A stretch of DNA of 14,080 bases from a virus. Lineage: Duplodnaviria; Heunggongvirae; Uroviricota; Caudoviricetes. Shown here piece by piece: positions 7,063 through 14,080 of this stretch. How positions within the stretch are numbered: the first letter of the stretch is position 1; each line of letters starts with the position of its first letter. A program made the position numbers and the translations under genes. The notes below the pieces were generated by a model. It was not told the DNA's origin and made no database searches. It saw nothing but the letters and a program-made list of their open reading frames with translations. Location: the IMG/VR virus record IMGVR_UViG_2541047854_000001, positions 1 through 14,080 of that record, one strand, 5' to 3'.

Positions 7063-7479
7063 ATGAACAATTATGTATGGTCTGCATCACATGTTTCATT
7101 TTTTCCAAAATCCATGCTGCCAGATTATGAATCTGCTGGATGGAATCTTTCCGATGTGGTGGATGTTGTTGATGACATTTTTCAAACATACAGATCAATG
7201 CCACCAGAAGGTAAAATTCTTGGGGTTGTTGATGGGATGCCTGAATGGATTGACAAGCCGCCAGTGCCAAATAGCGTGTTGCTTTCAGACGAACTTGCGC
7301 GGCTTGCATCAGAATATAAAAATGACAGAGTTCAATTGAATGACGCATACGTTGCGGCAATGGTAAGCGATAGTCCATCAGAGCAAACTAAGCAGCAGGC
7401 GGTAAGGGATCAAATTATTCAAAGAAAATCTCAGTACACAGCAGACATAGCTGCAGCAAAATTAAAATATCCCATTTAA
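7063..7479 (+). CDS. Tail fiber assembly (chaperone) protein, 138 aa
   Basis: ATG at 7063, 1 nt after the tail fiber stop, with GGGAG SD. The N-terminal YVWSAS...FFP...PEGK...W.D.PP pattern is typical of Tfa proteins. The track ORF starts inside the fiber gene in the same frame. Confidence 0.7.
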   Translation: MNNYVWSASHVSFFPKSMLPDYESAGWNLSDVVDVVDDIFQTYRSMPPEGKILGVVDGMPEWIDKPPVPNSVLLSDELARLASEYKNDRVQLNDAYVAAMVSDSPSEQTKQQAVRDQIIQRKSQYTADIAAAKLKYPI

Positions 7480-7489
7480 GGTGGACATC

Positions 7490-7654
7490 ATGGAAACACA
7501 ATCAAACGAAGAACAAAAACAGAGCCAGCAACAGCAGGATTCTACCGTAAAATTCTGTCCGATATGTGGCTCAACAATGCATCAGCAAGATTATCTGAAT
7601 GGGAAATGGTGGTTTTGTGATGATGAAGAATGCGGTTTTTTTGAGCCCGTCTAA
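7490..7654 (+). CDS. Small zinc-ribbon protein, 54 aa (CPICG ... FCDDEEC), absent from the ORF track
   Basis: ATG at 7490 preceded by AAGGTGGA; Gln-rich N-terminus then CxxC-x16-C-x4-C; TAA at 7652-7654 followed by a terminator hairpin. Confidence 0.5.
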   Translation: METQSNEEQKQSQQQQDSTVKFCPICGSTMHQQDYLNGKWWFCDDEECGFFEPV

Positions 7655-7674
7655 AGTATTTGTTTGCAGGAATT

Positions 7675-7705
7675 AAAGCCCTCTCTGGAGGGCTCATATT
7701 TATTT
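7675..7705. terminator. Bidirectional intrinsic terminator between the convergent zinc-ribbon ORF and acyltransferase gene
   Basis: 7-bp GC-rich stem agccctc / gagggct (7677-7683 with 7688-7694), 4-nt loop, T-rich tract after it on the plus strand and a moderately T-rich tract on the minus strand. Confidence 0.5.
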
Positions 7706-8488
7706 TGCGTATTTCTTTCTAAACCCAAGAAATGGCTTTTCAATCAACTCAAAACATATCTTAGAAAAGATAAGAATTGCAGGTAGTAAAATCAAAAAAT
7801 TAATGACAGCATTAACATTATCATTGTCGATAAACCTCGGAATTCCAAATGTTTTATGGAATGAGTAAAGAACCACACCATGCAATATGTATTCAGAAAA
7901 GCTTACCTCACCAAGTTTAGATAATCCATTATCTATAATGGCAGGTGTTTTTATGCTTGACGATAAGTAAGCAAATACAAAAATACCCCACATGCAAGCC
8001 TCCAGATATGATAAAGAAGTTACATATGGTGTTGGAATGTACCATAAACCCTCAGATCTAAGTGTTAAAAGAGAAAAGAAGACAATTGCAGAACTGGCGA
8101 TGATAAAGATCGGATTAGCGAATTTATCCTTATGGTTTATATATAGATATCCAAACACCATCCCAATTAATAGCTGGTCAAATCGACCAAGCATTGTTAA
8201 GTAGTAATAATGATTGTTCAGATATGAATCCGACCCTAATTCCCCACCATAGATTGCAACGATCATGGTTCTCCAGGCAAGCCAAAAAAGAGACAGATAC
8301 ACAATATACTTCACACCATATCTGTTAAGAAAAAGAGCTAGGAAAGGAAATATTAAGTAAAATTGAAATTCTACTGCTATAGTCCACGTTTGCCCGAAAT
8401 GAGCCAGCAACGGTGATGTTTGCAAATTCGAGAAAAGGAACAAGGATAAAGCATCAGAAAATGTGGCAGTACCTCTAGATAGAGACAT
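7700..8488 (-). CDS. Acyltransferase family 3 (O-antigen O-acetyltransferase-like) membrane protein, N-terminally truncated relative to the family; possible pseudogene
   Basis: TWTIAVEFQFYLIFPF matches the family's SVE.QFY motif, but only about 34 residues after the first ATG. An in-frame R-x-x-R segment (FNRFIRIFPLL) lies upstream of that ATG, and the frame stays open up to the gtrS stop codon. AT-rich and polytopic. Confidence 0.65.
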   Translation of the reverse strand: MSLSRGTATFSDALSLFLFSNLQTSPLLAHFGQTWTIAVEFQFYLIFPFLALFLNRYGVKYIVYLSLFWLAWRTMIVAIYGGELGSDSYLNNHYYYLTMLGRFDQLLIGMVFGYLYINHKDKFANPIFIIASSAIVFFSLLTLRSEGLWYIPTPYVTSLSYLEACMWGIFVFAYLSSSIKTPAIIDNGLSKLGEVSFSEYILHGVVLYSFHKTFGIPRFIDNDNVNAVINFLILLPAILIFSKICFELIEKPFLGFRKKYAK

Positions 8489-8565
8489 GGCGGTAATCCA
8501 TGCTCCAGAAAGGAGTGGGAAGATGCGAATAAATCTATTGAAGATAAAAGACTTATAAGAAATTG

Positions 8566-8595
8566 AAAATCCTCCGGCATAGCCGGAGGATTTTT
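8566..8595 (-). terminator. Strong intrinsic terminator hairpin immediately downstream of the GtrS-like gene
   Basis: 13-bp stem (aaaatcctccggc / gccggaggatttt) with a 3-nt loop, T-runs on both sides, 2 nt after the gtrS stop. Confidence 0.55.
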
Positions 8596-8596
8596 G

Positions 8597-10261
8597 TTAA
8601 AGGGTAAAGTCTATTTGATAATATCTTTTAGAAGGCGTTGTTGAGTCAAATGCTCCAAATGAAGCGTTTTTGATATACCATGATGGCATGTAGTTCAATT
8701 TCGCATAAAGGAACACCCTATCATTTACATAAGCGTAATTTGGCTCGAAATCAAAATTGTGATAATTATCAAATATATCCATCACATGGAAAAGGAAACG
8801 TTGATTAGGCTGTTCAGATAGCCTTTCTTCATGCGTTATTTCAAATAAAAACACAGTCTCCAAACAATATTTATCAGTATACATATAAATACCTTTCAAG
8901 CCTTTCTTGGTAAACATGTTACTGCTGTCGTGAATTTTATATTTATTATTATCTATAACAGAATAATCAAATATTGTGCCATATCCTATAATGTTTTTTT
9001 TATTGTAGTATTTGGACATGGCATCAAAGTTTGTCCATGTGTCAAACATATATGTTGAACTTGGCATTGCTTTGAAATAAAACTCAGGTATTAATGTTTC
9101 TTTTTCATTACTATCATTTTCTTGTATTAATTTAATTCGAATTGAGTTTTGTAAATTAATCGAATGATAAGCGGATATTACCGATATAGACTCAACAATA
9201 AAAGTCAAGAACATCATAGAGTAAAAAACTCTAATAAAATTAGTGCTTAAAATATCATTACGAATAAAGTTTAATGAATATGCGATAGACATTAAACAAA
9301 ATACAAATGATGGTGTTTTCGCTCTATCAGGGAATGCTGGAGAAAACACCATAACAAAAGAGCAGCCTAAAGAAGCCAATAAAAGCACTATGGATATTAA
9401 AAAATCAGTAGGCTTGCCATCTTTTGTAATTAGATTCGATTTTTGAATGCGTATACATAATAAAATTGATACTATAGCTATACTATAAGCTAGTTTAGAT
9501 GATTTAAAGACTTCGGGCATTCTATGAAAAAAATGCAAGTCAATTTTTTCTATTAAAGAAAGTGAGCGCCAGTCTGCGAATGATGGATCCATCATCCTCG
9601 ACTCATTTCCTGGTGTTGCCAATAAAAAAACAGCACCTGTTATTACTAAAATAAAAATAGGCAAAAGCCTTAAATCATTCTTTTTTATTATTACTAGTAA
9701 GTATAAATAACAAAGTAAGATTATACCAATCAAAGTTAAGCTTGCATTTTCATTTGTACATCCTGCTAGTAATGATGCAGGATAAACAACAGGATTGATT
9801 TTTTTATTTTGTATGTAACCAATTACTTCTTTAGCTACAAAAACATATAAAACGGAAGTCCATAAATAGTTTGCACTACCAACAATCCATAAATTTGATT
9901 GTCCAAAGCTTGGATGAGAAAGAAAAAAAATAATCGAAATAAAAGATAATATATACCAGCTTTTTACGGTGTTGTCAAATTTTGAAATTAAATGCAAAAG
10001 CAAGAAAACACCAAATGTTTGAATTGCTGCTATAACAATTTTATTATTCACCAACAACAATGTTGGACTTATAAAATCAGCAACAATTCTTCCACTCCAT
10101 GTTAGATAATGATGCAAGTGCGCATCAAAATTGAATCCAATAATTGCATAGCCATAATCATCTGACTGGAGAGGTGTGTAGTAATTCAAAGTGTAAACTA
10201 CAGCAAGAAATGTTGCGCATACAAAAAAATAAATATATTTATTTAATTTTGGATATTTCAC
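8597..10261 (-). CDS. Type-specific O-antigen glucosyltransferase (GtrS/GtrC-like), 554 aa, polytopic with a soluble C-terminal domain
   Basis: Third gene of a gtrA-gtrB operon; GTG start overlaps the gtrB stop (GTGA). Very AT-rich with many hydrophobic segments. It is 554 aa against 443 aa for K-12 YfdI as I recall it, so a different serotype-specific allele. Confidence 0.7.
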   Translation of the reverse strand: MKYPKLNKYIYFFVCATFLAVVYTLNYYTPLQSDDYGYAIIGFNFDAHLHHYLTWSGRIVADFISPTLLLVNNKIVIAAIQTFGVFLLLHLISKFDNTVKSWYILSFISIIFFLSHPSFGQSNLWIVGSANYLWTSVLYVFVAKEVIGYIQNKKINPVVYPASLLAGCTNENASLTLIGIILLCYLYLLVIIKKNDLRLLPIFILVITGAVFLLATPGNESRMMDPSFADWRSLSLIEKIDLHFFHRMPEVFKSSKLAYSIAIVSILLCIRIQKSNLITKDGKPTDFLISIVLLLASLGCSFVMVFSPAFPDRAKTPSFVFCLMSIAYSLNFIRNDILSTNFIRVFYSMMFLTFIVESISVISAYHSINLQNSIRIKLIQENDSNEKETLIPEFYFKAMPSSTYMFDTWTNFDAMSKYYNKKNIIGYGTIFDYSVIDNNKYKIHDSSNMFTKKGLKGIYMYTDKYCLETVFLFEITHEERLSEQPNQRFLFHVMDIFDNYHNFDFEPNYAYVNDRVFLYAKLNYMPSWYIKNASFGAFDSTTPSKRYYQIDFTL

Positions 10262-11181
10262 TTATCACCTCTGTGCTTTAAGATGTATTTTGGTCTTTTC
10301 TTGGTCTCTATATATATTCTACCAATATATTCACCTAAAAAACCTATACCGATTAACTGAACACCGCCAAGGAATAATATCGAAACAAGTAAAGAAGGAT
10401 ACCCCCTTACAGGATTACCAAAGGCGATTGTATCAATGATCATCCATGCACCATAAAAGAATGAAAAACTAGCCACGACAAGTCCGATATAGGTCCACAT
10501 TCTTAAAGGGAATGTTGAAAAGCTGGTAATGCCCTCAAGCGCTAGGTTCCATAGTTTCCAACCATTAAATTTTGTGCTACCAGCGACACGTTCTGCGCGA
10601 ACATACTCAACAACATCGGTGCGACCACCTACCCAACTCAATACACCTTTCATGAAAAGATTCCGCTCAGGTAGCAGCTTAATGTTCTCAACCACCTCTC
10701 GTGACATAAGACGGAAGTCACCGACATTCTCTTCGATCTGAGGGGTGCTGATTTTGTTATGTAGTTTATAGAACCACTCAGCCGTCTTACGCTTAAGGCG
10801 CCCATCAGTAGAGCGATCAGCGCGCTTGGCAAGCACCATGTCCGCGCCTGCCTGCCACTTCTCAATCAGATGAGGTATAACTTCAATCGGATCTTGTAAG
10901 TCGACATCGATCGGTATAATCGCTTCGCCGGTTGCGTGATCAAGTCCGGCGAATAGAGCAGGTTCTTTACCAAAGTTGCGTGTAAATGACAATGGAACAA
11001 CTAGCGGGTCTGAAATAGCAAGAGCGTTAATAATTGATTCCGTGGCATCTTTGCTTCCGTCATTTATGAAAATAATTTCTACTTCATATGGCTTCAACTC
11101 TTCGAATTCACGTACCGTTTTATAAAAAATTGGTATCGTATCTTCTTCATTGAAGACAGGAACGACCAGAGATATCTTCAT
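10258..11181 (-). CDS. gtrB: Bactoprenol glucosyltransferase GtrB (GT2 family), 307 aa
   Basis: [14 protein letters not shown]-terminus and DVDLQD (DxD) motif with two C-terminal TM segments; ATG overlaps the gtrA stop (ATGA). Corresponds to K-12 yfdH. Confidence 0.9.
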   Translation of the reverse strand: MKISLVVPVFNEEDTIPIFYKTVREFEELKPYEVEIIFINDGSKDATESIINALAISDPLVVPLSFTRNFGKEPALFAGLDHATGEAIIPIDVDLQDPIEVIPHLIEKWQAGADMVLAKRADRSTDGRLKRKTAEWFYKLHNKISTPQIEENVGDFRLMSREVVENIKLLPERNLFMKGVLSWVGGRTDVVEYVRAERVAGSTKFNGWKLWNLALEGITSFSTFPLRMWTYIGLVVASFSFFYGAWMIIDTIAFGNPVRGYPSLLVSILFLGGVQLIGIGFLGEYIGRIYIETKKRPKYILKHRGDK

Positions 11182-11540
11182 TTTGCATCCCTAAATACAA
11201 TGAACTTTGAATAGACGAAACCGCACACCAGGCTGATGGCGGAAAAGGTAATAAGTGTGATAAACGGAGGAAGGGAGCATTTGTCAGCAGCCCAACCTAC
11301 AGTCGCACTCAACATTCCCATGAATCCAACGTATAACATGTAGCGCATCGTTGTAGTTGATGCTTTGAATGTGAATCTTGCATTCGCGAAGAAGCTAAAA
11401 CTCACAGCCACAACGAACCCGGCTAAGTTTGCAAGGGTTTGATTGGTATGCGCGGCGTAGATACATACACCAAAAACCACCCAGTGTATAAGTGTGTTCA
11501 GTACACCAATCGAGGTATACCTCGCGAATAGCTTTAACAT
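11178..11540 (-). CDS. gtrA: Bactoprenol-linked glucose translocase (flippase) GtrA, 120 aa
   Basis: 120-aa hydrophobic GtrA-family protein directly upstream of and coupled to gtrB. Corresponds to K-12 yfdG. Confidence 0.85.
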   Translation of the reverse strand: MLKLFARYTSIGVLNTLIHWVVFGVCIYAAHTNQTLANLAGFVVAVSFSFFANARFTFKASTTTMRYMLYVGFMGMLSATVGWAADKCSLPPFITLITFSAISLVCGFVYSKFIVFRDAK

Positions 11541-11622
11541 TTCTTCTATCAGCTAATAATCAAAGGCATGAAGTCTATCATCCAAGTCTCAATTGATCGA
11601 GACTTGCTGTAATCACTGAAAC

Positions 11623-11658
11623 ACACAAAGCCTTGCACTGGATTGCAAGGCTTTGTGT
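11623..11658 (-). terminator. 15-bp perfect hairpin downstream of intS (acacaaagccttgca / tgcaaggctttgtgt, 6-nt loop); weak U-tract
   Basis: Perfect inverted repeat 20 nt after the intS stop, lying between intS and the gtr operon. Candidate terminator or insulator. Confidence 0.4.
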
Positions 11659-11678
11659 CATCCGATAGTTAAGGTGGA

Positions 11679-12836
11679 TCACTCCACCTTTTCATCAAGC
11701 CAGTCCGCCCACCACTGCATCATTTCTCTTCGCTTGTCGAGATACTGAGCATGGTTGTAAATTCCACGTACAGATCCGCCATTGGCATGTGCCAGTTGCA
11801 TTTCAATAGCGTCAGCAGGCCATTCGTGCTCGTTCATAATCGTGCTGAATTCATGCCTGAATCCGTGACCGCTTTCCAGACCTTCATAGCCGATTTGTTT
11901 GATCACAAGCAGTACCGCATTCTCGCAGATTGGCTTCTTCTTATCGTTGCGCCCGGCAAAAACAAACTCTGATACTGGCTTGGTGATTGAGCTTAGCGTA
12001 GTGAGAAGTTCAACTACCTGGTCTGATATAGGAACAACATGAATCTTGCGGCCCTTCATCACACTGGCGTCGATAGTGATAATCCTGTTTTCAAAATCGA
12101 CGTTCTTCCATTGCATGGAACGAAGCTCTTTCGTTCTTAGGGCTGTGTAGCGTAAAACTTTGGTCGCAATGAGCGATACGATACTTCCTGAAAATGTTGC
12201 AAGTGCTTTGTTGAATTCCGGGATCTGGTCGGCAGGTAAAAACGGGAAGTTCTTCTTGCGGTATCCCTTCATGGCGTCAGCAAGGTCAGGTGCCGGGTTA
12301 TATTTAGCCCTACCAGTGACAATAGCGTAACGGAAAACCTCGCCGCATCTTCTGCGGGCTTTGTTGGCTCGCTCCATTGCACCGCGATCTTCAAATCTGC
12401 GGATTACTTCCAGCAGTTGCATCGGCTCAATATCCTGAATTTCAAGGCTGCCGATGATAGGTAAAATGTCGTCATCAAACATTTTTGCAAGTTCAGTTGC
12501 ATAGCCTACTGACCAGACTTGCTTCTTGTGCTCGTACCATTCCTTGTATATTGCACTAAAGGAATTGTTGTTAGACGAAGCCTTTTTCGCCTTTACCGGA
12601 TCGATACCAACCGAGATGTCTTTCCTCGCAGTCCATGCCTTATCCCTTGCCTCCTGCAAAGTCATTAGCGGATATTTTCCTACGGTCAGGATTTTCTCCT
12701 TACCGTCAATCTTGTAGCGAAGCTGCCATACCTTTTTCCCTGACACAGGGACATAAAGGTACAGGCCATTACCATCGAGAAGGCGGTATGGTTTTTCTTT
12801 CGGCTTTGCTGCTTCAATCTGCTTAACGGTGAGCAT
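11679..12836 (-). CDS. intS: Prophage integrase IntS (P4-type tyrosine recombinase), 385 aa
   Basis: Adjacent to and co-oriented with argW. ATG at 12836 gives 385 aa starting MLTVKQIEAAKPKEKPYRLLDGNGLYLYV. The track ORF starts 12 codons upstream at GTG 12872. C-terminal catalytic region contains HGFRH and a tyrosine. Confidence 0.9.
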   Translation of the reverse strand: MLTVKQIEAAKPKEKPYRLLDGNGLYLYVPVSGKKVWQLRYKIDGKEKILTVGKYPLMTLQEARDKAWTARKDISVGIDPVKAKKASSNNNSFSAIYKEWYEHKKQVWSVGYATELAKMFDDDILPIIGSLEIQDIEPMQLLEVIRRFEDRGAMERANKARRRCGEVFRYAIVTGRAKYNPAPDLADAMKGYRKKNFPFLPADQIPEFNKALATFSGSIVSLIATKVLRYTALRTKELRSMQWKNVDFENRIITIDASVMKGRKIHVVPISDQVVELLTTLSSITKPVSEFVFAGRNDKKKPICENAVLLVIKQIGYEGLESGHGFRHEFSTIMNEHEWPADAIEMQLAHANGGSVRGIYNHAQYLDKRREMMQWWADWLDEKVE

Positions 12837-12997
12837 GGGTAAAAATCCGGTGGGTAAAATTATTTTATCCACTTTTTACCCGTCATGGAGTGCGGCTGTC
12901 AACGATCTGAAGCGAACCATGACAAACTGTGAATCTACGGAAGGCTTGATATTTAGGGGGTTTTGCGGACTGGTACGGATGGGAGCGAACTGATAAA

Positions 12998-13072
12998 TGG
13001 TGTCCCCTGCAGGAATCGAACCTGCAATTAGCCCTTAGGAGGGGCTCGTTATATCCATTTAACTAAGAGGAC
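12998..13072 (-). tRNA. argW: tRNA-Arg (anticodon CCU), 75 nt, encoded CCA
   Basis: Reverse complement GTCCTCTTAGTTAAATGGATATAACGAGCCCCTCCTAAGGGCTAATTGCAGGTTCGATTCCTGCAGGGGACACCA folds as a cloverleaf: 7-bp acceptor stem with one G-U pair, anticodon stem AGCCC/GGGCT with loop CTCCTAA, T-arm GCAGG/CCTGC. Confidence 0.9.
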
Positions 13073-13125
13073 AATGCGGCATGAGTATACCCGCTAATGG
13101 AGTGCGGGGTAAGTACGCTGCCGCT
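13073..13125 (-). promoter_or_regulatory. Putative argW promoter (-10 TATACT about 12 nt upstream of the mature tRNA 5' end)
   Basis: On the minus strand TATACT lies at 13088-13083, followed by a GC-rich discriminator-like catgccgc. The -35 is weak. Confidence 0.3.
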
Positions 13126-13147
13126 CGATTGCTTAAACCCTCGCCAT

Positions 13148-14080
13148 TTATGCCGGGTTTTTATAATTTTTCTTAATGTTTTCCGCACGTTCTGCTTTTT
13201 GGCGTGCTTCTGCTTTACGCTTATTGCTCATGTCGTTACGAATCTGTGCATGACTCATTAACGCGAAGATAAAGGTGCCGCCGCAGATGTTCCCCGCTAA
13301 AGTAGGTAGTGCGAAGGGCCAGATGAAATCGCTCCAGTGCAGCGTACCGTTAAACACCAGATAGAGGATTTCAACAGAACCGACCACGATATGGGTGGTG
13401 TCACCCAGGGCAATAAGCCAGGTCATCAATATAATCACCACAATCTTTGCCGCACCCGCTGCAGGAAACATCCAAACCATAGTGGCGATCAGCCAGCCGG
13501 AAATGATCGCGTTGGCAAACATCTCGCTGGGGGTGTTCTTCATCACATCCATGCCGATTTTGACAAATGCATCGCGAGTTTCTTCATTGAAGATAGGCAT
13601 ATATTCAAATGCCCACGCCGCAATACCTGTCCCGAGAATATTACCCAGCAGCACGACGCCCCATAACCGTATAAGTAAGCCGACGTTGCTCATTGTCGGT
13701 TTTTGCATGACGGGTAGTACCGCAGTCACGGTATTTTCGGTAAATAATTGCTGGCGGGCCATAATGACGATAATAAAACCAAAGGTATAACCGAGATTCT
13801 CCAGCAAGAAGCTGCCCGGCACACCTTCCAGTTCGACATGAAATATCCCTTTTGCCAGTAACGAAGCGCCCATCGACAGACCCGCCGCAATGGCTGACCA
13901 CAGTAGCGCCATTGCGTCGCGTTCCAGCTCTTTTTCACCATCCTGGCGGATATGCTCATGAATTGCCATCGCCCGGGAGGGGAGTCGGTCTTCATCTATT
14001 TCTATTTTTTTGCCGCGCTCTTTTTCTTCGCTCTCAACTTCAATTTCGTCGCTGTGTTGATCAATTTTGTCGTTGTCCAT
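13148..14080 (-). CDS. yfdC: Formate/nitrite transporter (FNT) family inner-membrane protein YfdC, 310 aa
   Basis: ATG at 14080-14078, exactly at the window edge. Acidic N-terminal tail followed by multiple TM segments. Length and position next to argW match K-12 yfdC. Confidence 0.85.
   Translation of the reverse strand: MDNDKIDQHSDEIEVESEEKERGKKIEIDEDRLPSRAMAIHEHIRQDGEKELERDAMALLWSAIAAGLSMGASLLAKGIFHVELEGVPGSFLLENLGYTFGFIIVIMARQQLFTENTVTAVLPVMQKPTMSNVGLLIRLWGVVLLGNILGTGIAAWAFEYMPIFNEETRDAFVKIGMDVMKNTPSEMFANAIISGWLIATMVWMFPAAGAAKIVVIILMTWLIALGDTTHIVVGSVEILYLVFNGTLHWSDFIWPFALPTLAGNICGGTFIFALMSHAQIRNDMSNKRKAEARQKAERAENIKKNYKNPA

Larger units (their letters stand above)
221..13027. mobile_element. 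argW-integrated cryptic prophage (CPS-53/KplE1-like) bounded by 16-nt att core repeats; degraded lambdoid element
   Basis: tRNA with adjacent P4-type integrase, direct repeat of the tRNA segment about 12.8 kb away, phage immunity, tail and gtr genes in between. Replication, lysis and head modules are absent. Confidence 0.8.

Noticed and set aside
5054-7378. Antisense or embedded ORFs 5054..5311, 5482..5691, 5668..5862, 5838..6236, 6161..6430, 6569..7006, 7040..7378 and 7073..7339
   Set aside because: All lie inside or antisense to the better-supported CII-like, gp48-like, tail fiber and Tfa genes and have no start signals or motifs.
8377-8580. 67-aa minus-strand ORF that might have been the missing acyltransferase N-terminus via a frameshift
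   Set aside because: It overlaps the in-frame upstream extension of the acyltransferase frame, which already encodes a family-like R-x-x-R loop motif, and its ATG lies inside the terminator hairpin; its weak resemblance to a DLFF..SGF-type motif is probably chance.
11679-12872. 397-aa version of intS starting at GTG 12872, and 187-aa version of yfdR starting at GTG 1554
   Set aside because: Internal ATG starts (12836 and 1527) give the lengths I recall for K-12 IntS (385 aa) and YfdR (178 aa); the longer forms come from the ORF finder accepting upstream GTG codons.
7992-13995. Antisense or embedded ORFs within gtr, acyltransferase, intS and yfdC (7992..8204, 9243..9446, 10529..10741, 10650..10865, 11751..11972, 12526..12717, 12635..12826, 13337..13666, 13395..13790, 13641..13901, 13726..13995)
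   Set aside because: Each is embedded in or antisense to a gene with clear family signatures; no independent support.
1-14080. CRISPR arrays, IS elements, rRNA genes
   Set aside because: No array of regularly spaced direct repeats, no transposase-like ORF with terminal inverted repeats, and no rRNA-like conserved segments were seen by eye.

Overview
This window reads as an Escherichia coli-type cryptic prophage of the CPS-53/KplE1 family integrated at the argW tRNA, with almost all backbone genes on the minus strand. From high to low coordinates: yfdC (formate/nitrite-transporter-family membrane protein, host side), tRNA-Arg(CCU) argW carrying the attL core, intS integrase, gtrA and gtrB, a 554-aa AT-rich type-specific GtrS-like transferase, and an acyltransferase-3 gene lacking its N-terminal region. 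Converging on these from the plus strand is a tail module (Mu gp48-like protein, tail fiber, tail-fiber assembly protein, small zinc-ribbon ORF) that directly follows a lambdoid immunity core (divergent cI-like S24 repressor and Cro-like gene, then a CII/YdaT-like ORF), implying a large internal deletion. Left of the repressor lie two small overlapping ORFs and a roughly 400-bp GC-rich block with long perfect inverted repeats and no credible ORF, then yfdP-yfdQ-yfdR-yfdS-yfdT, a truncated excisionase remnant, a second copy of the 16-nt att core, and torI. Identifications rest on my recollection of K-12 protein lengths and sequences, on motifs visible in the translations, and on gene order; no database search or folding program was run. 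The most interesting candidates are the structured GC-rich block beside the repressor, the GtrS/acyltransferase arrangement, and the att core sitting between two excisionase genes.
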